From a virus (Duplodnaviria; Caudoviricetes): a stretch of DNA of 54,245 nt. The stretch covers positions 1 to 54,245 of the IMG/VR virus record IMGVR_UViG_3300048073_000020. One strand, given 5' to 3'. The notes under the pieces were generated by a model. It searched no databases. It was not told the origin of the DNA and saw only the letters and a program-made list of their open reading frames with translations. The stretch's first letter is position 1. Every line of letters begins with the position of its first letter. This document shows, piece after piece, positions 9,236-18,626 of this stretch. Made by a program: the position numbers and the translations under genes.

Positions 9236-10473
9236 AGATTCAACGCGCGCGGCTAATGGCCCCCACGGGGCGGGCCGTTATCATCGACCCCGTGTGGCCT
9301 AACGCGGGCGTCGAGGCGTGGTACAGGGCGCAGCTCGATAAAATGATTGCCGAGATGTATCACGACTCGCGCGCCGTGATTCTTCCCGCTGCCGAGAACA
9401 CGCCCGCCATCATCGCGCAAGACGCCGCGCTGCCCGCTACGGCAGCCGGTATCCTGTTTCGTTGTCGGCATTTGTATCTAATCCTGCAGCGTGCCGACGG
9501 TTCCGGGTGGGGCTTGCCCGGTGGCAAGATCGAGCCCGGCGAATCGGCCGAGGAAGCTGCGCGGCGCGAGACTTGGGAAGAATTGCGATACATACATCGC
9601 GGCCCGCTCAAGTTCCGCACGCTGCACAAGTTCAAGTCGGTGCGCTTTGCAACCTACGAAGCCGAACTCGACGACACGTTCGTACCTACGCTCGACCGCG
9701 AGCACTCGGGCTACCTATGGACAACGCTAGGCGGCGCGCTGCTGCGTGATTTGCACCCCGGTTTGCGTCTCACGCTGACGGGTGCGTCAGACTCGCCCGA
9801 GATGGCCGCCGACGCTACGCCTACGAAGGAACTCGAACGGCTGCTCGAAAAGTGGGGCCGCAAGTGGATGGCCCGATTTACCGTGATGGCCGATAAGTTA
9901 TCGCTCGACTTCTCGTCGAAGAGTCAGGCAGCCACGCAAACCGCTATGCAATCGGCGTTTCGCAAGGCCGGCTTTACGGTGCCGTTCAAGCCCACGCGCA
10001 AGAGCATCGAAGCTTATAAGGCTGTCGCTGCCGAGCAAGTCGGTTTAATCAAGAGCATTGCGCAGAAATACCATACAGACGTGCAGACGCAGGTCTGGCA
10101 GTCGGTGAAGCGCGGCGCAGACTTGAAGACCCTCTCGCAGCAGCTCGAAAAAGACTACGGCGTAACGCGTCGTCGTGCCGCGTTGATTGCTCGCGATCAG
10201 AATGCGAAGGCTAAGGCGACTATCGAAGCCGTCAGGCATCAAGAAATCGGCATCAAGCAAGGTATATGGATGCACTCGAAGGCCGGCAAGGAACCACGGC
10301 CAACGCATCAAGCAATGAATAACAAGCTCTACGATTTGAACAAGGGCATGTGGGATAGCGACGAGCAGAAATACGTTCACCCCGGCGAGCTTATAAACTG
10401 CCGCTGCACGATGCGCCCTTACATCCCTGGCTTCGAGGGCGCTATGCCGCAATGGGATATTACGCAAACATGA
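9232..10473 (+). CDS. MuF/SPP1 gp7-like minor head protein with inserted Nudix hydrolase domain
   Basis: RAALIARDQ, WMHS..EPRPTH, HPGELINCRC MuF motifs; Nudix box GGKIEPGESAEEAARRETWEEL. Confidence 0.85.
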   Translation: MKIQRARLMAPTGRAVIIDPVWPNAGVEAWYRAQLDKMIAEMYHDSRAVILPAAENTPAIIAQDAALPATAAGILFRCRHLYLILQRADGSGWGLPGGKIEPGESAEEAARRETWEELRYIHRGPLKFRTLHKFKSVRFATYEAELDDTFVPTLDREHSGYLWTTLGGALLRDLHPGLRLTLTGASDSPEMAADATPTKELERLLEKWGRKWMARFTVMADKLSLDFSSKSQAATQTAMQSAFRKAGFTVPFKPTRKSIEAYKAVAAEQVGLIKSIAQKYHTDVQTQVWQSVKRGADLKTLSQQLEKDYGVTRRRAALIARDQNAKAKATIEAVRHQEIGIKQGIWMHSKAGKEPRPTHQAMNNKLYDLNKGMWDSDEQKYVHPGELINCRCTMRPYIPGFEGAMPQWDITQT

Positions 10474-10709
10474 GCGAGCCCAACTACAAAGCCGCCTACG
10501 AGCGGTTGCTGCGTTCGATGCAGGGTATTCAAGCCTGCGGCACGCGTTGCCCGTGCTGCGAGATGCTTTCACGCATCGCCGACAACGCCGTCAAAGAGGC
10601 ACCACTGCTGCTCGATGTTCCTGCAGGAACACCGACCGACCCGCCGAGGGTAGGAACGCCCGACCCGATGCTCGAAATTCCACGTTTCTTGCGGTCGGGC
10701 GACGACTAG
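10470..10709 (+). CDS. 79-aa protein with Cys cluster, Pro-rich linker and FtsZ-tail-like C-terminus
   Basis: ATGA overlap with MuF stop; ends MLEIPRFLRSGDD. Confidence 0.6.
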   Translation: MSEPNYKAAYERLLRSMQGIQACGTRCPCCEMLSRIADNAVKEAPLLLDVPAGTPTDPPRVGTPDPMLEIPRFLRSGDD

Positions 10710-10725
10710 CCTTACACTCGCGCCA

Positions 10726-11964
10726 ATGTCCGTCGTAAACCTAACCCTTGACCAAATGCTCGCGTTTGACCGCGCGCTCGACAGCGTGGGGATGGAACGC
10801 GGCTTAGCCTTCGATAAGCAGACCTTGCGCAAGTTCGACGTAGACGGCCGCATGCACGTCGAACGCTGCAACATCTCGAAGGCGAACGTGTGCCCCTACT
10901 TCGGTCGAGAAATCCCGAATTGGGAAGCGTTGCAGCTCGACCCGAACCGCATTTACAGGCTGTACCGCGACCCCGCCGAACTACAGCGCGGCGCGGATTC
11001 GTTCAAGAACCTGCAACTGCTGATGTATCACACGGCCGTCAACGCGGCCGACCCGAAGACCGCCGTAACGGTCGGGTGCATCGGTAGCGATGTTTCTTTC
11101 GATTCCCCCTACCTGCGCTCGTCTATCGCGGTGTGGACCGACGAAGCAATCAAGCTTATCGAGTCCAAGCAGCAAGCCGAGCTTTCGTGCAGCTACCGTT
11201 ACCGGGCAGACATGACGCCGGGGCTAACCCCCGAGGGTGTTGCTTACGACGGCGTGATGCGCGATATTATGGGGAATCATGTAGCATTGGTCGAAAAAGG
11301 CCGCGCCGGCCCCGACGTGTACGTTAGCGACTCTCACCCCTTGGAGCTTCCGAAAATGAAACGCCCTTACCTCGTCGCCGCCGTCGCCGCCGCGCTCGGC
11401 AGCGCCATTGCCCTGACCGACGACCAAAAGCTCGCGCTCGACGCGGCGATGTGCAAGGCCGACGACGAGGCCGAGGAAATCAAGAAAAAGAAAGCCGCCG
11501 AAGACGCCGCGAAAGCCGCGCTCGACGCTTCCGCAGCCGTCACCCCTGGCCCGAAGGCCGGCGAGACGGGCAAGAGCATCGTCGCCGATGCGGCTGCGAT
11601 GGATGCGGCGATTCGCTCGCATGGTTTCATCACGAAAGCCGACGCCGAGCGCTTGGCGAACGATGCGGCGGCGTCTGCCGTTGCTGCGGTCAATGCGCTG
11701 CATAAGGCGCGCGAAGACGTGAAACCCCTCGTGGGCATCGTCGCGATGGATTCGGCCGAGGCCGTCTACCGCTTCGCCCTGACGCACGAAAAGGTTGCGC
11801 TCGATGGTGTGCCGCCGGCCGCCTTCGGTGCGCTCGTCGAGCAGGTCAAGGCGCGCAAGGCCGGTGGCCCCGCCATCGTCACCACAACGCCGAAGCTTGC
11901 CGCCGACGCTGCGAACGCTGCGCAGGCTGCAATTCCGGGGCTCGGTCGTATCCAAGTCGCCTAA
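10726..11964 (+). CDS. prohead protease/scaffold (DUF2213-like)
   Basis: ELSCSY, NHVALVEKGRAG; Ala-rich scaffold-like C-terminal half. Confidence 0.85.
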   Translation: MSVVNLTLDQMLAFDRALDSVGMERGLAFDKQTLRKFDVDGRMHVERCNISKANVCPYFGREIPNWEALQLDPNRIYRLYRDPAELQRGADSFKNLQLLMYHTAVNAADPKTAVTVGCIGSDVSFDSPYLRSSIAVWTDEAIKLIESKQQAELSCSYRYRADMTPGLTPEGVAYDGVMRDIMGNHVALVEKGRAGPDVYVSDSHPLELPKMKRPYLVAAVAAALGSAIALTDDQKLALDAAMCKADDEAEEIKKKKAAEDAAKAALDASAAVTPGPKAGETGKSIVADAAAMDAAIRSHGFITKADAERLANDAAASAVAAVNALHKAREDVKPLVGIVAMDSAEAVYRFALTHEKVALDGVPPAAFGALVEQVKARKAGGPAIVTTTPKLAADAANAAQAAIPGLGRIQVA

Positions 11965-12017
11965 CCCTTCCACACCGAACAACGGGTCGCCAAACTCTCA
12001 CTACCGAGGCTTCTATC

Positions 12018-12746
12018 ATGGGTTTTCAAACGGTCATCAATCAGCAGCCGGCCCCGGCAGTCGAGGGCGACTTCGCGGGTAACAACCCGAAAGCGTCGCT
12101 GCCCCCTGTCATCGCTGGCGCATTTACCGTGGCCCCCGGCCAAACGGTGCGCGTCGGTTACTTCGCGTGGGCCGGCCTCGACGGCTTGGTCTACAGCTCG
12201 GCCGCCGCCGCTGCAACGCCGGGCGTCGCCGGTATCGGCTTCGTCGCGCGCCAGCCGAACGAACCCTCGGCCCTGATTACTGCCTTCCTCGGCGAGTCCA
12301 TCATGACGCTGAACGCGGGCATGCCGGTCACGCTGATGACTGCCGGCGATTATTGGGCGGCCTTCGCTGCCGGTGCCGCTGCGAACGTGGCCGTGTACGC
12401 AACCGCCGCGAGCGGTGCGCCGACCACGACCGCCGGTGGCAACACCGCGACCCCGTACAAGACTGCAAGCGTGTCGCTCGTGAACGCCGTCACGGCCAAC
12501 ACGACCACCATCGCCGTCGATACGGGCATCATGACCATTGCGACCGTAAGCTCGGGCGTCGTGGTCGCAGGCCAGCGCGTCACGGGCACCGGTGTGCCGG
12601 CGAATACGTACATCGAGCGCCAGTTGACCGGCACCCCGGGCGGCGCGGGCACGTATCAGACGAATAGCCGTTACCGCGCAGCGGTGGCAGCGTTCGCCGC
12701 GACGATGATTCAAGGCAACTTGGCGAAAATCACGTCGTACAACTAA
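12018..12746 (+). CDS. head decoration/cement protein
   Basis: MGFQTVINQQPAPAVEGDFA; lies between scaffold and capsid genes. Confidence 0.7.
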   Translation: MGFQTVINQQPAPAVEGDFAGNNPKASLPPVIAGAFTVAPGQTVRVGYFAWAGLDGLVYSSAAAAATPGVAGIGFVARQPNEPSALITAFLGESIMTLNAGMPVTLMTAGDYWAAFAAGAAANVAVYATAASGAPTTTAGGNTATPYKTASVSLVNAVTANTTTIAVDTGIMTIATVSSGVVVAGQRVTGTGVPANTYIERQLTGTPGGAGTYQTNSRYRAAVAAFAATMIQGNLAKITSYN

Positions 12747-12791
12747 CCCCACGCGGTCACATCAACCCCTCTACCCGGTAGGAAACATTTC

Positions 12792-13931
12792 ATGCGTACT
12801 CAGTTCGCCGGCCGCCGTGGCCTGAATCATCAACAGTTTGCGGATGCGATCCGCGCCGGCCACGGCCCGGCGATCATCGCGGGTTTGCAGAAGTCGCTCG
12901 GCATCGTGGCGATGGACAGGAACCTGCAGACCGTGCCCTACACGAACGTGTTCCCGCGTTCGGTCGTAGACGAGTACGACGCCGCCGGTGCGGTCATCGG
13001 CAAGACGTTCGGCGACGTTGACACGGTTGCCTTCGACGCGCAGCCGGAACTCGTCACCGTTGCGAACGCCGGTATTCCGGCCTTCCTGTCGAACTACCTC
13101 GACCCGAAGTTGATCGAAATTCTAGTCAGCCCGATGAAGGCTGCCGATATCGGCGGCGAGACGAAAAAGGGCGATTGGGTGACGACCGTTACGACGTTCA
13201 TCACCGTGGAATCGACCGGCGAAGTTTCCGCTTACGGTGACTTCAACAACGGCGGCAACGCGGATACGAACTCGAACTTTCCGCAGCGTCAGTCGTTCCA
13301 CTATCAGACGTTCACGCAGTGGGGCGAAAAGGAACTCGCGTATGCCGGCCTCGCTGGCATCGACCTCGCGAGCCGCAAGAACATCGCCTCGGTGCTTGTG
13401 TTGAACAAGTTCCAGAATGCGACCTACTTCTACGGCGTCGCGAACCTGCAGAATTACGGCCTGCTCAACGACCCCGCGTTGCCTGCAGCGATTGCCCCGG
13501 CCGTCAATTGGGACGCCGCAACCGCCGAGCAGATTTTCGCGGATATCGTGCGCATGTTCCGGCAGTTGATTTCGCAGTCTACCGGCACGCTCGACCAAGA
13601 CACCCGTTTGACGATGGCAATGTCGCCCACGAACTCGGTGAACTTGAACAAGACGAACCAGTACAACGTCAACGTGTTCGACCAGATCAAAAAGAACTTC
13701 CCCGGCATCGTCGTCAAGACTGCCCCGGAATACTCGACGACCTCGGGCGAACTCGTGCAGATGATCGTTGACGAGTACGAAGGGCAGGAAACCGTTACTT
13801 GCGCCTTCACCGAGAAGCTGCGCGCGCACGCGATGGTTGTCGGCTCGTCGAACTTCTCGCAGAAAAAGTCGCAGGGCACTTGGGGCGCGGTGTACTACCG
13901 CCCGGTGTTCGTAGCGCAGATGCTCGGCTAA
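12792..13931 (+). CDS. major capsid protein (DUF2184-like)
   Basis: FDAQPELVTVANAGIPAFLSNYLDP, YGLLNDP; size and synteny. Confidence 0.88.
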   Translation: MRTQFAGRRGLNHQQFADAIRAGHGPAIIAGLQKSLGIVAMDRNLQTVPYTNVFPRSVVDEYDAAGAVIGKTFGDVDTVAFDAQPELVTVANAGIPAFLSNYLDPKLIEILVSPMKAADIGGETKKGDWVTTVTTFITVESTGEVSAYGDFNNGGNADTNSNFPQRQSFHYQTFTQWGEKELAYAGLAGIDLASRKNIASVLVLNKFQNATYFYGVANLQNYGLLNDPALPAAIAPAVNWDAATAEQIFADIVRMFRQLISQSTGTLDQDTRLTMAMSPTNSVNLNKTNQYNVNVFDQIKKNFPGIVVKTAPEYSTTSGELVQMIVDEYEGQETVTCAFTEKLRAHAMVVGSSNFSQKKSQGTWGAVYYRPVFVAQMLG

Positions 13932-13940
13932 GAGTTCGCC

Positions 13941-14438
13941 GTGCAGCCACCAAGCGCCCTCGGCGGCCTCGCTGTCGAGGGCGCTTTCGCATCCGCTGCT
14001 TACACGTCGTTCTCGACACTGACGGCAGGGCCAGCCGGCGCAATCGTGGCCGGCCTGCACGGCGTGGCAATTGGGCGCTTTGCTTGGGCGCAACCCGACG
14101 GCATTGCGCTAAACACGCGAACGACGGCCGAAGACCTGCTCGGGTTTGTGCTGCCCGAGCTTGGCCCCGGTGTCGATTGGCGTCGGGTCTTTTTTGATGA
14201 TGCCTCGAAGACGTGGCGCATACGTCAGGGCATGAATATCTCGCTGCTCAAGAACGGCACGGTGTGGGGTCGCTTCCGGTACGGTGCCCGCCCTGGCTCG
14301 CCGGTGTACGCAAACCTGCTCGACGGCAGTCTTATCTCGGGCTACAGTGACGCGGGCGAGCTTACCCCGTGGGTGGTTTCTTCGGCTGCCGGCCCTGGCG
14401 GGCTCGCCATTATCACAACTTGGAGTAGACCGATATGA
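13941..14438 (+). CDS. paralogue of head decoration protein
   Basis: AVEGAFAS...IGRFAWA..GFV resembles AVEGDFAG...VGYFAWA..GFV of 12018..12746. Confidence 0.6.
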   Translation: MQPPSALGGLAVEGAFASAAYTSFSTLTAGPAGAIVAGLHGVAIGRFAWAQPDGIALNTRTTAEDLLGFVLPELGPGVDWRRVFFDDASKTWRIRQGMNISLLKNGTVWGRFRYGARPGSPVYANLLDGSLISGYSDAGELTPWVVSSAAGPGGLAIITTWSRPI

Positions 14439-14899
14439 CAGCACAAGCACAAGTGAAGACCCCCGAAGCCAGCGCAACGACGTGCATCGTTGGTTGCAAA
14501 CTTCCGCACGGTATCATCGTCGAATTGTTCGCCGGCAAGGTCGGTAGCGACTTTCGTTCGGTGTGGAAACAGAAACTAAATGGCATGAACGCTGCCCGCA
14601 TCGTCGGCGGCTATGGCCTGACCGAAGGCGTTGACCGTGACCGGTTTACCGAATGGCTCAAGCGCAACGCGAACCATCCCGCCGTTGTGAATCGCGCGAT
14701 TTTCATGCACACCGACGCCGCGAGCGCTCGCGATGTGGCGAAGGAAGGCCGCGAGATTCGCACCGGCCTCGAAGCAATCAACCCGCTCGACAAGAGCACG
14801 AAGTCGCAATTTAAGATTGCGCTCGACGAGGAAGGCGAAAAAGCCTACCGCAAGCAGGTCGCCGAGAACCCGGTGCGCGAGCGGCAGATTCAAGAGTAA
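14435..14899 (+). CDS. virion morphogenesis protein, function unknown
   Basis: VGCKLPHG motif; position in head-neck block. Confidence 0.6.
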   Translation: MTAQAQVKTPEASATTCIVGCKLPHGIIVELFAGKVGSDFRSVWKQKLNGMNAARIVGGYGLTEGVDRDRFTEWLKRNANHPAVVNRAIFMHTDAASARDVAKEGREIRTGLEAINPLDKSTKSQFKIALDEEGEKAYRKQVAENPVRERQIQE

Positions 14900-14914
14900 G
14901 CACGAGGGCGTAGC

Positions 14915-15409
14915 GTGACCATCGTTGCATGCGATCAGGAAGTATTACCCGAGCACGGCGTCGTTGCCTTCGTGCCGGCCGATTTCCGTGTGCTGTATCC
15001 GCAGTTCACGAACCCGCCGACCACCGACGCGATGCTGCAGAATTATTTCCTGCTCGCTACGCTCGTCTTGAACAACTCGTGCGCCTCGGTGGTTCAGGAC
15101 GCCCGCGAGCGCGAGCAGCTTCTAAACCTGCTCGTTGCTCACATCGCGACCCTCGTGCCGATCCAGCCCGCCGCAGGGGCCGGCAGCGGCGTCGTGATCG
15201 TGGGGCCGGTGTCGAGTGCCGCCGAGGGCAGCGTCTCGATATCCAGCGGCTACGCGGCCCGCGTGGCGAACAACGAGGCATGGTTCGCGCAGACGCAATA
15301 CGGGTTCCTGTTTTGGCAGCTCGTGCGCCAGTACACGAGCTTTACCTACGTCGCCCCCGTTCAGTGTTGCGGCCCTGCCGGCGCTTGGGCCGGGCGGCGC
15401 GGCTATTGA
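14915..15409 (+). CDS. head-tail adaptor (DUF4054-like)
   Basis: FRVLYPQF, LLVAHIA, SSAAEGSVSIS, WFAQTQYG. Confidence 0.75.
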   Translation: MTIVACDQEVLPEHGVVAFVPADFRVLYPQFTNPPTTDAMLQNYFLLATLVLNNSCASVVQDAREREQLLNLLVAHIATLVPIQPAAGAGSGVVIVGPVSSAAEGSVSISSGYAARVANNEAWFAQTQYGFLFWQLVRQYTSFTYVAPVQCCGPAGAWAGRRGY

Positions 15410-15444
15410 CATATAACAACCGGTCTTGCCCGGTTAATATATGG
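15409..15444 (+). repeat. 36-bp palindrome copy A: ACATATAACAACCGG-TCTTGC-CCGGTTAATATATGG
   Basis: Matches copies at 31971 and 47186. Confidence 0.8.
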
Positions 15445-15926
15445 TAACTCGGGTCGTTACGGCGAGTATCGAAGGCGGCGACAAGCTCGCGAAGAAAGTG
15501 CGCGAGATAGCCCTAGCGCTCGGCCGAGGCGATGTTGATCTAAGCGTCGGCTTTCAGAATGGCGCAACGTATCCGGTCGAAGACGGCGGCCTGCCGGTGT
15601 CGCAGGTTGCATTCTGGAACGAGTTCGGCACCACGAAACAACCGCCGCGCCCCTTCATCGCGAACATGGTCGAAGATCAAAAGCCGACATGGGCGACGAA
15701 GCTCGGCGCAGCGCTCAAGTACACCGGCTACCGCGTGCGGCCGGCGTTGGAAATCATGGGTGCGGATATCAAAGGGCACATGGTCGAATCTATCAACCTG
15801 TTGCAAGACCCACCGCTCGCACCGTATACCATCGAAAAGAAAGGATTCGCGAAGCCGCTGATAGATACGGCGGTCATGGTTCGAAACGTTACGTGGGTCG
15901 TGAAGTCGGGCGAGGCTACGAAGTGA
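15441..15926 (+). CDS. neck/tail completion protein
   Basis: VAFWNEFGT..PPRPF, KPLIDT. Confidence 0.7.
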   Translation: MVTRVVTASIEGGDKLAKKVREIALALGRGDVDLSVGFQNGATYPVEDGGLPVSQVAFWNEFGTTKQPPRPFIANMVEDQKPTWATKLGAALKYTGYRVRPALEIMGADIKGHMVESINLLQDPPLAPYTIEKKGFAKPLIDTAVMVRNVTWVVKSGEATK

Positions 15927-16324
15927 TAAATGTTCGAGGCATAGCGAACGCGGCGATTCAACCGGTGAACCCGAATATTTCGGATGTCCCCTACCGCGCG
16001 AGCACGGGCTTTACGACGACACCGGCAGGCAAGCAAGTGCCAACGTATGCCGCTGCCGTGCCCGTCACTATCCAAGCGCAAGCCGCGAGCACTAGCGATT
16101 TGAAACAAGTCGCGAACTTGAACATTACGAACATCTACCGCAACGTGCGGATGTGGGGCAACACGCAAGGCGTCGTTCGTCCTGACGCCAAGGGCGGCGA
16201 CTTGCTCACATTCCCACAAGTGCCGGGCGGTGCGCCGCAGGTCTGGCTCGTGGTGAAAGTGCTCGAAACGTGGCCGACGTGGTGCTCTTGCATCGTCTGC
16301 TTGCAAACGGATGCGGTGACGTAA
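15923..16324 (+). CDS. head closure/neck protein
   Basis: GTGA overlap; KGGDLL...WLVVKVLETWPTW. Confidence 0.65.
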   Translation: MINVRGIANAAIQPVNPNISDVPYRASTGFTTTPAGKQVPTYAAAVPVTIQAQAASTSDLKQVANLNITNIYRNVRMWGNTQGVVRPDAKGGDLLTFPQVPGGAPQVWLVVKVLETWPTWCSCIVCLQTDAVT

Positions 16325-16884
16325 TGGCGCTCGTCGTTTCCATCTCGCTCGAAGATATCTTCACGCGCTTGCGTTCGCTCGTGCTCGATGCGGTTTCGCC
16401 CTCGGGCTCGCCGCCGGTCGCGGTGCCGGTGATTCGCGGCCTTGCGAACCGCACGTCGATGCCGCCCCCGGTGCCGGGCTTCGTTGCGATGACTGCGACC
16501 CTGCTGACCCAACACCGCACGCCCGTCGAGGTGTGGGATACCGACAACCCCGACCCGAGCGCTATCGAAATCGAGCAGGGGCAGCTCGTGCGCATACAGC
16601 TCGATTGCTACGGCAGCGCGTCGGCCGATTGGGCTACGATTCTCGCGACCATCCTGCGCAGCGACTACGCTTGCAGGCAGTTTTCTGCCGGCGGGCTCGA
16701 CGCCGCCCCGCTCTACGCCGATTTCCCCGTACAAGCCCCGCTCGTCAATGGCGAGCAGCAATACGAGGAACGGTGGATTGTGGGCGCTAACTTGCAATAC
16801 AATCCGGTCGTTTCCACGCCGATGCAGTTCGCCGACACTCTCGAAGCGACCCTAATCAACGTTGACGAGGCTTTTCCCCCATGA
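16324..16884 (+). CDS. tail terminator-like protein
   Basis: IQLDCYG, QYEERW..LQYNP; precedes sheath. Confidence 0.65.
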   Translation: MALVVSISLEDIFTRLRSLVLDAVSPSGSPPVAVPVIRGLANRTSMPPPVPGFVAMTATLLTQHRTPVEVWDTDNPDPSAIEIEQGQLVRIQLDCYGSASADWATILATILRSDYACRQFSAGGLDAAPLYADFPVQAPLVNGEQQYEERWIVGANLQYNPVVSTPMQFADTLEATLINVDEAFPP

Positions 16885-18611
16885 GCATTCCCGCCCGCCG
16901 AATTGTTAACGTCGTGCCGAGTGTCCTGTCGCCGGGCGGCAATCCGCTCGCGTTGAACGGTGTCATTCTGACGACTTCCGACCGTGTGCCAATGGGCACC
17001 GTGCAGTCGTTTCCCCCTGGCGATGCCGTCGGCGATTTCTTCGGCCCGACGAGCATCGAAGCAACGCTCGCGGCGAAGTATTTCGCAGGCTTCTCGAATA
17101 AAACTTCGTCGCCGGCCGTGGTCTATTTCGCGCAGTACAACGAAGCGGCCGTCGAGGCGTATCTGCGCTCGGGCAGCTTCTCGGGCACCACGCTCGCGCA
17201 GTTGCAGGCACTCTCGGGTGTCATCGTCGTCGCGATTGACGGCGGCACCGTGACCTCGGCGAACATCGACCTTTCGACCGCGACTTCGTTCTCGAACGCT
17301 GCGTCGCTGATTCAAACCGGCTTGCAGGCTGCCGGCTCGAAGTTCACCGGCACCGGCACGATTTCCAACGGCTCGGGCGGCGCGGGTAACACCCTGAACA
17401 TCACCGCCGTGACCTCGGGCTCGCTCAAGGTCGGCGATATCGTCGTCGGTGGCCCGAGCCCCGCGACAATCACCGCGCTCGGTTCCGGCACCGGCGGTAT
17501 CGGCACGTATACGGTCGGCGGCGCGGCGCAAGACTTCGACCCCGGCGGCGCGCTGACCGTCGCGAGCACTGCGACCGTCACTTACGACTCGCAGCTCGCG
17601 CGCTTCCTGATTCACTCGCCGACCACCGGCGACGACAGCACCATCGGTTTTGCAACGGGTTCGCTCGCTGTCGGGCTCAAGCTGCAGGCCGCGCAAGGCG
17701 CAGTGCTTTCGCAGGGTGCCGACGCTGCCACGCCGGCCGCGTTCATGCCCACAATCACGCAGGCTACGCAGAATTGGGCCGCGTTTATGACGGCGTTCGA
17801 GCCCGACACCGACGACAAGCTCGCGTTCGCGCAGTGGGTGCAGACCACGCAGCAGCGTTACGCCTATGTCGCTTGGGATACCGACGTTACCGTGCTCGAA
17901 GGCGACGCCCCGGCATCGTTCGGCGCGCAGGTCGCTGCCGTTGAAATGGACGGTATCGAGCCGATTATCGAATCGGCTGACGACGACGGCAGCGGGCGCG
18001 TAGCAGCGTTCGTGCTCGGCACTGTCGGTTGCATCGACTACAACCGAACGAACGGCCGCATTACGTTCGCGTTCAAGGGTCAAGCCGGGCTCGTGCCGTT
18101 CATCACCGACGAGACGGCATATAACAACATGCTCGCGAACGGGTACAACGGCTATTGCGACTTCGCGACGAGCGCCGATCAGTTCCGCAACTACATGCCC
18201 GGCTCGACGCCCGGCTCGTGGGCGTGGTTCGATTCGTACATCAACCAAATTTGGTTGAATAGCGCCCTGCAGCTCGCGCTCGTCGGCCTTATGACGCGCA
18301 TCAACTCGTTGCCGTACAATAGCGAGGGTTACAACCTCGTGCGTGCAGCGGCGCAAGACCCGATCCAACGCGCGTTGAATGCCGGCGTGATTCAACCCGG
18401 CGTCACGTTGTCGAACTCGCAGCGAGCTGAAATCAATGTCGCCGCCGGCCAAGATATCGCCGACGCCCTGCAGAATTTCGGCTACGTGTTTCAAATTCTC
18501 GACGCGTCGCCCGAGGTTCGAGCGGCACGCGGCTCGCCGCCTTGCACGTTGTGGTATACCGACGGCGGCAGCATTCAGTTCATCGAACTGGCGTCGATTG
18601 CGGTTCAATAA
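16881..18611 (+). CDS. contractile tail sheath protein (DUF3383-like)
   Basis: SIPARRIVNVVPSVL, C-terminal LWYTDGGSIQ; 576 aa. Confidence 0.85.
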   Translation: MSIPARRIVNVVPSVLSPGGNPLALNGVILTTSDRVPMGTVQSFPPGDAVGDFFGPTSIEATLAAKYFAGFSNKTSSPAVVYFAQYNEAAVEAYLRSGSFSGTTLAQLQALSGVIVVAIDGGTVTSANIDLSTATSFSNAASLIQTGLQAAGSKFTGTGTISNGSGGAGNTLNITAVTSGSLKVGDIVVGGPSPATITALGSGTGGIGTYTVGGAAQDFDPGGALTVASTATVTYDSQLARFLIHSPTTGDDSTIGFATGSLAVGLKLQAAQGAVLSQGADAATPAAFMPTITQATQNWAAFMTAFEPDTDDKLAFAQWVQTTQQRYAYVAWDTDVTVLEGDAPASFGAQVAAVEMDGIEPIIESADDDGSGRVAAFVLGTVGCIDYNRTNGRITFAFKGQAGLVPFITDETAYNNMLANGYNGYCDFATSADQFRNYMPGSTPGSWAWFDSYINQIWLNSALQLALVGLMTRINSLPYNSEGYNLVRAAAQDPIQRALNAGVIQPGVTLSNSQRAEINVAAGQDIADALQNFGYVFQILDASPEVRAARGSPPCTLWYTDGGSIQFIELASIAVQ

Positions 18612-18626
18612 TCCCGAGGGCAGACC

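Noticed and set aside
16713-18608. 631-aa minus-strand ORF
   Set aside because: Antisense shadow of the sheath gene; GC-rich codon bias, no motifs
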